The notes beneath the pieces were generated by a model. That model searched no databases. It was given only the letters and a program-made list of their open reading frames with translations, and was not told the DNA's origin. Positions 24,401 through 36,400 of a DNA stretch of 64,000 nt are shown here, piece by piece. Source of the stretch: Camelus ferus. Taxonomy: Eukaryota. The translations under genes and the position numbers were made by a program. Where the stretch lies: positions 102,984,001 to 103,048,000 of the forward strand of contig NC_045696.1 of assembly GCF_009834535.1 (NCBI RefSeq), given 5' to 3'. Numbering within the stretch: the first letter of the stretch is position 1; each line of letters begins with the position of its first letter.

Positions 24401-27400
24401 ACCCAGAATGGAGCAGAGGTAATTGAATATGTTTATTTGCCATTGAACACTTCAGCAGTTTTCTTTTTTCTGTTTGTGGTAATCTTCTTCTAGATCAGGC
24501 ATTAGCAGACTATCACCCACAGGCTGGCTGCATGTTTTTGTGAACAAAATTTCGTTGTAATAGTCATTAAGCCACTAAGAACACTTAATTGTCTGCAACT
24601 ACTTCACAGGCAACATTGAGTTGTTGACATGAAGACCGGCTGACCCTCAAGCCTAAAATATTTCCTATCTAGCCCTGTAAGAACAAGTTTGCTGACTCCT
24701 GTTCTGGATGTTGAAGCATTTTTCTAGGCTTTATTCTTACAGTTCCCACTACTATAGTCCCTTTATTGGCTTCCTCATAGAAATGTAAAACAAACATCTT
24801 TTTTTTCTGTACAGTGCGTAGAGTATTTTAAAAAATTTTTGCTTGAATTTGAAGACTTAACTTTGATAGCATGTCCTCCAAAAAGTCTTTTCTGACCACC
24901 ACTGCCTGCCTACCCTAGGACTGGCTTAGTTGCTTTTTCTTTATGCTCAGTACAGAGTATTCAACACTGCTTCTGTCATGGTGGTTATTAAACTGTATTA
25001 TAAATACCTGTTTGTCTATATTCTTTGCTACACTGATTTTTAAACAACAGGTCATAACCTATTTAGTGGGTTATGAAGATGAAATATAACAGACTAGAAA
25101 ATATGTTATGTTGCGTGTAATAAAAGTACTATTTCATGAAACTTGTTTCACGTATATAAATGAAACAAATATGCATATGTATATACTGTCATGAAATAAA
25201 ATATATCTCTTAGTTATAGTTAAAAAGTTTGAGAAACCCCTTATAGTATTCATGAGGACAGGCCTCTGACTGATTTGTTCTTATGCACCTGGGACAGAAT
25301 CACTACTCAATATTTGTTGAAGGAGTGAAAGTAAGTACTGTTTATTGAGCATTTGTTTAACTTTAGGTACATGCTGAGAATTTCATGTATATTATCTTAG
25401 TCGATCTTTAGGGTAACATGTAAAGTAGGTGTCATTATTTCCCTTTCATAAATGAAATTACGGAGGTTTAGAGAAATGCAAAGTTCACACAACTGATAAA
25501 TGGAAAGCTAGGAATTTGTCTGACTCCAAAATTGGTATTTTAAATTATTATGATATGTTTCCATTGTGTAGGGAATGTTTTAGACTATTTTGTTAGTGAA
25601 GTTTATACTTTAAAAATAAATCATCAAGCATTTAGCAAATTAATTAGCACCTCTGATGTACTTATTTAATATCTTTTGTTTATTTCAAAGAATTCAGTAA
25701 TTGGATTGTAACAAGACTTCTGCGGATTGCAGCAACTCCATCGTGTCATATGTTACATGAGAAAATCTGTGAAGTCATCTGCTCATTATTATTTCTTTTT
25801 AAAAGCAAGAGTCCTGCTATTTTTGGTGTACTGACAAAGGAATTATTACATCTTTTTGAAGACCTGATTTACCTCCATGAAAGAGATGCAGAGGGACACT
25901 CTGTGGAATGGCCAGTGGTAGTTAGCCGATTTTTAAGTCAATTAGATGAACATGTTGGATATTTACAACCAGCTCCTTTGCAGTTCATGAACATGCAAAA
26001 TTTAGAGCTTATTGAAGTCACTTTATTAACGGTTCTTATTCGTATTATTGCAGTTGTCTTTTTTAGAAGGCAAGAACTCTTACTTTGGCGGATAGGTTGT
26101 GGTCTGCTAGAGTATGGTAGTCCAAAAGTTAAATCTTTAGCAATTAGCCTTTTAACTGAACTCTTTGAGCTTGGAGGACTACCAGCACAACCAGCCAGCA
26201 CTTTTTTCAGCTCATTTTTGGGATTATTAAAACACCTTGGAGAAATGGATGCTGACCAGTTGAAACTCTATGAAGAGCCACTGTCAAAGCTGATAAAGAC
26301 ACTGTTCCCTTCTGAAGCAGAAGCTTATAGAAATATTGAGCCTGTCTATTTAAGTATGCTGCTAGAAAAACTCTGTGTCATGTTTGAAGATGGTGTGCTT
26401 ATGCAGCTTAAGTCTGATTTGCTAAAAGCAGCTTTGTGCCACTTACTGCAGTATTTCCTTAAATACGTGCCAGCTGGATATGAATCTGCTTTACAAGTCA
26501 GGAAGGTTTATGTGAGAAATATTTGTAGAGCTCTTGTGGATGTGCTTGGAGTTCAGATCAATGCAGAAGTAAGTCATTTTTAAGGTTACTTGTTAAGCAT
26601 GTTATTTTGTTCTTAATTTAAGTGTATCCATATATTACAAGAGTAATAATGAGAAAATAGAATATCTTTAATAATTACATTCAGAATAGGATGATTTTCA
26701 TGATCTACTTTGGCTTCCTATTATGAGTTTTTAATTTTATTTCAGAAAAATTTATTCACTGCATTGGTAATGAACTGCCATTGGAGTAGAATGTTTTAAA
26801 ATAGAGTTTGTACAATGTAAGAATGTTTGTTGCATTATTAATTAAAAGGGGGAAAGTTATCAACTTAATTGCAAAAACTTTGAGCACTCACATAGATTTT
26901 TCTTTGACAGGTTATAATCAATCCCTTTTAGAAAACCTATGAGTATACAGTACTAGTCATGCCAAATTATACCTTTTTTTCTATTTGGACTGTGGGACAC
27001 AGGCAGTAGAATGAAATAAGTAATGCAATAAATCGATTAAATATTTTAGTTGATTTTATCTGCTAAGTCTTGCTAGATTTGTAGTATAAAAGAAGTTAGA
27101 AATTCTCTTGTAGAATTTTTCGTTGTGGCATTTTGGTCAAGGGAAAAACAAGTTATAGAGAGAAAGATTTGTCTTCAACCTCATGGTTCTAGATAGAGAA
27201 CTCTATATGTGTTTATATATAGACCATGAAATAATATAGATTAACTTAGGTCTTTGTTTTGCTTGATAAGACTCTGAAAATAGTTGCCCTTACTAAAAAT
27301 TTTATAACTAATACTTAATGCATTTTTGCTATCTATGAATAATATATACTTATTTTCTAAGAAATAGTTTTTGAAATTATTTTTGCTTTCTCAGTATTTG

Positions 27401-30400
27401 TTGGGCCCACTTTATGCAGCCTTAAAGATGGAAAGTATGGAAATCATTGAGGAGGTTCAGTGCCAAATTCAACAGGAAGATCTCAGCAGTGATAGTGATG
27501 GACTGTCACCCAAAAGACGTCGACTCAGCTCGTCTCTAAAGTCTTCCAAAAAGGCACCAAAACAGACTGAGGAGTATGACCATTCAGTTTGTATTTAGCC
27601 ATTTAGTAAAACTTTATTCACTTAAGCATCATCTTTAGTTAAGTGCTTTGACTTAAATACACAAAGAACATTTGTTCTTTCTAAAGGTAGTCAAAGGGAT
27701 GCTTAAAATACTTTAATAGTTCTTGTAGTCTATTCTATTATACAAGATTTCATGGCTAAGTATGGTTACTTAAAAGACTTTGTAAGTCTTTACTTGCCTG
27801 GCTAATACAACTTTTTAATACATGAAAAATCTCCAAGACTATACATCTATTAGCAATTTAAGAAATGTTAACAAATAAACTATTTTTTTGTAATGTAGCC
27901 AGAGAATTCCTATATTTCAGCCAACTGTGAAAGTTGTTTTAAATTTCAGTAGTTGACATCACATGCTGTCTTTTGTTTTAAAGATTTTTCATATTTTAAT
28001 CAAATTTATATTGAATATGAACATCTTTGTGCTGTGGCTATAATTAATTTCAGAACTAAACATGTGGATATGAACAACAAGAGCATACTATGGAGTGCAC
28101 TGAAACAGAAACTTGAGTCCCTTCAGATTTTCCTTGAATTGAATAGTCTGAAGAATCCTGTTATTGAGACTTTAGAAGGAATCGCTGTCATCTTACAGCT
28201 GACTGCTCTGTGTACTGTTCATTGCTCTCATCAAAACATGGACTGGTAAAATAACTTACATTTTCTGGATGTGGTCTGAGTAATAAATTTGAGTTTTCTG
28301 TTTTAGGAGACTTCTTTATTCACTTTATTTTTGTGACCTTAGAACACACTTTTCAGTGAAATTGAAATTTTTTATTGAGTACCTGCTAAATGCTAAATAC
28401 TGTGTTAAGTACTATACATATCTTGTTTAATCTTTACAACAGTTCTTTGAAGTAAATGCTGGTATGTCCACTTTACGAATTAGAAATTGAAGCTCTTATT
28501 TGTCTGAAGCCTAAACTAAACTTTCCCTGGCATACATGAATAGAAAGCAGCAGAACACATTTTTATACAACTCAAAAGCAAGTGCTTTTCTAGCCAAACT
28601 ATAGTCGAAAGAACTTTGCCCTTCAATAATAAGAGTAGGAATTTAGGACTAGTTAGAAGTATATTTTCGGTTTAGTATTCTTTTTTTTTTTAGTTTAGTA
28701 TTCTTAATATAAGTTAATTACTCTATCAAAAGAAAGAAGTAAAATATGAACCCTCTCTGAAGATTTAGTCTTATTTTTATTGTCACGTTATAGCCCAACA
28801 CTCTGTTACTTTTTTACATGATCATCTATTCGATATTTCCTGACTCACTCTTAATTAGCTAATACAAAGAAACTGTATTCGTCCATACTGCATTAAACTT
28901 GGAATTTGAGATAACTTGAAGGAATAGCTAATTAGGCTGAAGTCTGCCTTTGTCCTATTATTGAGAAAGGGTTTACGGGGGCATATCTTCTATTATTTTA
29001 AAGCCTGGTGTTGTCATATTTAAATATCCTAGATTAATTTTAATTACCAAATCCTAAGAGTAATTTAGACTAACAAAGAGATTAAACCTAAAGTAGTAAT
29101 GATGTATTAATTGATATGCATGTACATTTACTTTGAATTGATTTTAAATTATAGGTTAGTTTTATACTCACAATTTCTTTAGGCTTACTATAATATTAGT
29201 TTTGCGTATAACAAAATTCATTTTTAATTCTGTGTCTTAAAAAATGTATTAACTGCAGCCATAATTTCAAGGACTGTCAACAGAAATGTAAGAAGAAACC
29301 TTCAGTAGTGATAACTTGGATGTCTTTGGATTTTTACACAAAAGTGATTAAGAGCTGTAGGACTTTGTTAGAATCTATTCAAAAACTTGACCTGGAGGCA
29401 GTTATTGACAAAGTGGTGAAAATATATGATGCTTTGATTTATATTCAAGGTGAGTACAAGTAAGCAATAGATCAAAATAACCTTTAAAGGTAATCAGTAT
29501 AGAAACAGTTTTTCTCTTTTGCCAAAGCATAAATGCACAAATGTTTGGAATACCCTAAATTTTTTTGTTTCAGTTCTGTTGAGCTCATCAGTAACTTATA
29601 AGTTCCAAATTTATTTGTATCATATTTTGATTGATTATTACATTTTAGTCAGTAGACATTATAACTTTAAAATTTTTGGTTTGAGAATCTGAAGAATGCT
29701 ATGATCCTTCTAAAAATGTATAAATGTGTATTTTTATAAAGTTATATTTAATCCTTTTACTCATATTCATAGACCTCAGAACATCATCTCTGTGTTAACC
29801 TCTGTTTATTCAGTGTTTGCTACAATTCCACTTGATGTGTAGAACATCTTTTTTTTTGAAAGAAGACATAGGTAAATATGATTAAGGAAAAGGTATAATT
29901 AAGCACCTGTTCTGTGTTTCTGTAGTAAACACTTCATTTGAAGATCATATCCTGGAAGATTTATGTGGAATGCTCTCACTTCCATGGATTTATTCCCATT
30001 CTGATGATGACTCTTTAAAGTTCACCACATTTGCCACCAATCTTTTAACATTAAGCCAGAAGATTTCAGATAGCTACTGTAAGTCATTACAAAATTCTAT
30101 ATGTATGGTTTGTTTTGTTTTAACTTGTCTCTATATATGACTTCTAACACTTAATCATTTCTATTTTTTCATTAATTACACGAGAAGGTACATTTTTTAA
30201 TAATTCAAAAAGTAGTTAGACATGTGAAAAGTAATACATTGTAAGATTTGTACATCCTCAACTCTGTTCTGTCACATTGTTCTCAAAGATTTCATTCTAG
30301 TTCACATTCCTATTAGCAGAATATGTGAGTTCCTATAGTTTCACATTCTCACTGGCACTTGGCATTGTCAGACTTTAAAATTTTTGCTATCTTAAGAAAA

Positions 30401-33400
30401 AAGAATGCCAAAGACATAATTATCTAAAAAAAATTTTTTTTGGTATCTAATGGGTGTGATTTTTCTAGTTGGATTTCCCAGATTATTTAGTAAGATTGTG
30501 CATAGATGTTTTTCAGTGTACATGCTGTATTTTTGGAAAGGGAGCTTTCAATTAAATACTATGTGTTTTAAATGTTACTTGACTCCACAACAAAGAATAA
30601 ATATATAAGTATACATGTATAAAATTAACACTTAGAAATCTTGTTTAATACACTTAATTTTTTCAGCACCACAGGCACAGTCACGATGTGTATTTCTTCT
30701 AACTCTGTTTCCAAGAAGAATATACCTTGAATGGAGAACAGCAGTTTACAGCTGGGCCCTGCAGAGCTCCCATGAAGTAATCCGGACAAGTTGTATAAAT
30801 GGATTTTTTATCTTATTGCAGCAGCAGAATTCTTGTAACAGAGTTCCCAAAATTCTTATGTATGTATTAATATTTTAATTTGATTATATAACTTGATTGA
30901 CTAGATATCATATATGTAAATTTATGTTTGTTGCTGGGTATATAGAGCAAATGTTGGTTTTAGTTTTAGAATTAAAATTTTTTTCCTTCTGTCCTTTGTC
31001 TTACCAGTACTTTTACCCCAAATTAAGCAAGACTATCTAGACCACAAAACTAAGCAACAAGACTTAGTACGTCTTTTTTTCCCCCCAGAGATAAAGTCAA
31101 AGATGATTCTGACATTGTCAAGAAAGAATTTGCCACCATACTTGGTCAGCTTGTCTGTACACTTCATGGCATGTTTTATTTGACAAGTTCTTTAATAGAA
31201 CCTTTCTCTGAACATGGACATACTGACCTCCTCTGTAAGGGCCTAAAAGTCACTTCTCAACATGAATGTTCATCTTCTCGACTAAAAGCTTCTGTTTGCA
31301 AGCCATTCCTTTTCCTACTAAAAAAAAAAATACCTAGTCCAGTGAAACTTGGTGAGTGATTTGTTATGATTTATTTAATATTTTAAAACCTATTTAAGCT
31401 CTTTTTAAAAAATCAGTGATAGAATTAGCCTGAAGCCTTAAAAATTAGACTTGCTTGGTAGATTCATTGCTCAGGTGATGATAAATGGGATGTCAGGTAT
31501 TAGACTGTATCACAGAACTAACAAGGGAAGTAACTTTTAGATTTCTTAAATGCTTTTGTGGTTTGACAGTGTAATGGAGGCATACATTATGTTTGGTTCA
31601 GTATCATGAGGTTTAATACCCTGTGTCCTCTTTAGTGATCCCAGGGACCTTCTTAATGTGTCCCCCGCCACTACTTTGGACCTTTAGAACTTTAAATAGT
31701 TAAATGCTTTGCCCAACTGAAGAGTGTAGGTTGTATCTTCTTGGCCACTTTCCAGTGGTAATGGTGTTTGAATTTGTTGGGAGCATGAGATATACAGATA
31801 CTTGGAAGATTTCATTTGTTTAGGTAATAAGTTAAAACTTGTTCTTAAGTTTTCAAAACAATATAGTTTAGGTGGTTTCTAGGACTCCCTAAATCTAGTA
31901 ATGTAAGACTAAGATGGCCCTTAGTTCAGAGCTCTTTAGATTGGTGAAACGCGCTTTTAAGTCTATCTCAGTAACAAAATGATCTGCAAAATCCTAAGTG
32001 ACTAGTCATTTGATAACTTAAAAAAATTCTAGAATTTATTTTAGATTTAAATTATGTATAACTTTTATTAAGTATAAAGTAAATTTAAATTTTTAAGTAT
32101 CTGTTTTAATCCTCCACAATTCTGTGTGCTTTACAAGTTTAAGCACTATTGACTTTATAAGGCAACTTAGAATTCTTTGTAGTATATTATTTATTGACAA
32201 TATTTTTATAGTAAAACTTTTATATTTAATATGTTAAATTAGATATTATATGCTCTTGCCCTTTAGCTTTCATAGATAATCTGTGTCATCTTTGTAAGCA
32301 CCTTGATTTTAGAGAAGATGAAACAGATGTAAAAACAGTTCTTGGAACTTTATTAAATTTAATGGAAGATCCAGACAAGAATGTGAGAGTGGCTTTTAGT
32401 GGAAATATCAAGCATATTTTGGAATCCTTGGATGCTGAAGATGGATTTATAAAAGAGGTTGATAATTTTTACTTTAAATTTTATTTTTATGTGTTTTCAT
32501 AAACCTAGCTCTAAAATTTTCTCTAACTAGTTAATTTTATTGTTCTAGCTTTTTGTATTAAGAATGAAAGAAGCATATACACATGCTCAGATCTCAAGAA
32601 ATAATGAGTTGAAGGATACTTTGATTCTTACAACAGGGGATATTGGAAGGTATATTTGGCAGCTTTGGTATACTTCCTTATTTATTTTGTCCATTCTCCT
32701 TTTTTGTTTGTCTGGTGTTAGACATGGTGACATGAAAGATGTAATATTATAGAAAGAAATGTGTTATCAGCATGCATTTATTTGTGGTTTTCCATTTATT
32801 TTTGAGACAGTGATGATAACTTTTTTTTTTAAATAACTTTAGGGCAGCCAAAGGAGATTTGGTACCTTTTGCACTCTTGCACTTACTGCATTGTTTATTA
32901 TCCAAGTCAGCATCTGTCTCTGGAGCAGCATACACAGAAATTAGAGCTCTGGTTGCAGCTAAAAGTGTTAAACTGCAAAACTTTTTCAGCCAGTATAAGA
33001 AACCCATCTGTCAGGTGAGAGTCAGCATTGGCCTTGACTGTAAAAAATAGCCTTACTTTGCATGAGTTAAAAAAATACATATGTACATTTTACTTTTCTT
33101 GCTTTAAAATAGGTTTTTTTTTTAAATGATGTATTTTGTTTACTGGAAAGAACCTAAATCTTGTCATTTTTATATTTTAGCATCTTGGTCTGAAGATGTA
33201 AGTTATAAATAGGAGGGGGGAAATTATCTTATAATTTTTATGTTCTATTTATTAAGAGATGCCTTTCTTCATTAGTCTTTCTTTTAATAACAATTTCCGT
33301 TATGCCTTGATATTATGAGTAAGGCACTTTGTTTTTTTAAAAGATTGATTTAATTTGTGGCTGAAAAGTTAGAATATGTTAAAATACAGGCTCTGTTAGT

Positions 33401-36400
33401 GGTGTAATCCTTAGCAAGATATTCAAATTTCTTAACTAAGCCTGGTAGAAGGGAGGCTGTAGAAGGGAGATTATACACAATCTGCCTCATTAAGGTTGTT
33501 TTTAAAAATTAAATCAACTGGTTCAGATAGTATGTTTAGAACACTGTCTCATACCGTCCTTCATTAACTTGCAACATATTAGTTAAAATTTCTTCCTAGT
33601 GTGAAAACTAACAAATCATTTGCTCTAGTTTTTGGTAGAATCCCTCCACTCCAGTCAGATGACAGCACTTCCTAGTACTCCATGCCAGAATGCTGAGATG
33701 CGAAAGCAAGATGTGGCTCACCAGAGAGAAATGGCTTTAAATACCTTGTCTGAAATTGCCAATGTTTTTGACTTTCCTGATCTTAATCGTTTCCTTACTG
33801 TAAGTTGCAAAGTATAATGGACTTAATTGAAGTTTTCAATTCAATGTTTTATGTTTATTCCATTCTAGATTATTTTAAAAAGAAAATCTGGACACAACAT
33901 TGTAAACTGACTATACTTCAATAAAAATATTTTAAAAAATAAAGAAAATCTGGCAAGTACAGACCGTAGATTTTCAAATTTACCTGTTTTTTTTTTTTAG
34001 CTTTAATATGATAACATTGCTTATGTTATAAAAGTTAAATTCATGTTAATTTGAGTCATTGCTCTAGATAGTTAGCTATCCTGAAAGGTTAATACTGATC
34101 GATTAATGTTAATTCAGTTTACTGAGCCGCATGTCTTTAGTGCTATGATTGGGTCCATCGGTATTGCAAAATCTAATATGATAATATCTACCCTTAAGGA
34201 ATTGGAATAATACAGTATTAAAAACTAGATGAGCTCCTGTGAAATCAGATGACAGTTTGTAATATAGAGGGTTTGGGAAGCCTTTGAAAAGTTGTTAGTG
34301 GGGCTGAGCCTTAAAAGATGGATGAAGTAGATGATCTTCATAAGTTTTCCCAAAGGCAAAGTTTATCATTATTCTTAGTTAATAAATTATAATAGCGATT
34401 CATGCAGAATTTTCCCCTACAGTATTATTGTATTTTAGCACACTTAAATTGCTTGTAAATTGGACAAATCCTGGAAGGAAATATGATAGCATACACTAAG
34501 GACCACAAAGTTATTTTTGCCTTTTCATTCAGTAATTCCACTCTGGAAGCCCCAAAGCACAGACATTTATTGCAACATTTTCCAAGTAGCAAATAAAACC
34601 CTGGGAAGAAAATAAATGTCTAATATTTAGGTCTTAGAATATTATGTACCTTAACATAATAATTATACTTTGTAGAGACTACCTGGTTATGTTATAAGTC
34701 TTACAGGATTAATATTAAGTTGAAAGGCATAACAGAAATAAGGTTTAAGTGTCTCTGAGGGCAGGGCCTAAGTCTTGTTCACTGTCATATCTCCAGTGCC
34801 TAGTATAGTTGACTGACGTATAGTAGTTGTTTCATTAGATACACGGATAAATGAAGGGCCAACTGTTTCATGTTTGGAATTTTGTACATATTTTATGAAC
34901 AAGATCTTAAAGGAATTAGGATTAAAATCAAAATAGATTTCTTGCCATATTGGGATGGTAGATACGTTAAAAAGATTTTCTTTAATATTGTAGCATCAAC
35001 TTTTTTAATTTAAAAAACTGAAAATACTGTTTTTATGGCTACTTTTGCTTGTTGTCTAAATATTGGTTAGCTCTATTTCAGGCTTGAAACCTCTGCCTTA
35101 GAGCATGAGTATGTTTTAACACGTACTCATGAGGAGTTATTTTCTTTACTGCTTATACATTAGCTATTTATTGTCTGTCTCTCTCCGTCTACAATGTAAA
35201 TTCTGTGCCACCAGGGACCTTGTCTGTTTTCTTCATTGCTGTATCTGCAGTACCTGCCTGACTCATAGTAAATGCTCAGTATATATCTATTGAATGGATA
35301 AGTGGTAAATCTGAATGCAAATATGTCGTACATGAACTCCAAATTTGTGTGGCATTTAAAAATATTTTTGCATATAGCTTATGTGAATATTTTGTCATCT
35401 GGACAGCTGTACTTTTTGTTAATTGTAGTGTTTTTGTTTTTCAGAGGACACTGCAAGTTCTGCTACCCGACCTTGCTGCCAAAGCAAGCCCTGCAGCTTC
35501 CGCTCTCATTCGAACTTTAGGAAAACAATTAAATGTCAATCGTAGAGAAATTTTAATAAATAACTTCAAATATATTTTTTCCCATTTGGTCTGTTCCTGT
35601 TCCAAGGATGAATTAGAACGTGCCCTTCATTATCTAAAGGTAATTGAATATTTGTATATATTTCAGTCTTTTGTTTGAATTAGCATTATAGGAAAGCTGT
35701 TGTGACATTCTTATAGGAAGTAGAATGGGTAATTTACAGTCTATCCTAGGGTAATTTAAGTTCAAATGGAATTATGTAAATAAGCTTTGTCTTGGGCCAA
35801 GAGGAGAGTATTAAATAGAATTATTATTTTGTTTTGTTCTTTGATTATTTTACCTTAATGGCATGTGATAGTCATCCAATCATGAATCAGATTCTCAGCT
35901 AATTTCATTTTAGAATTTATTAATTGATTGGAGCTCTAAATTGACTAATAACATGCAGGTAATTGTACCTATAGGAAGAGATAGTATCCTTCAGCTGTAC
36001 TGTAATTTGTTAATATTGAGTTTAGTTACTTAGTTCTGATTATAATTTGGCCCAGTTTCTTGCTAGTTTTTAAATGTAAAGTTTCAAAATCTCTTTTTGG
36101 TGTCATAATAGGAACAATATCTGAGGAATAATAGACTACATGGGAACAGGAGAACTTGTGAGATATGCCTATATAAAGCAACTATTTTTTCTGATATTAA
36201 TTTATTTCATGTGTTTCATGATTTGCCAGCAGTAGATCTCTTTCCACACGAATTTTTGAATATTCAGTATATTTATTCATTTTGAGAAAGAAAATCTGTA
36301 TTGTAAAGGTGAAATGATAATACCATTCCAGTGCTTACTACATGTCAGAAACTTTGCTAAACGGTTTTTGTGGATCACTTTATCTGCGTAACTCTTCACA

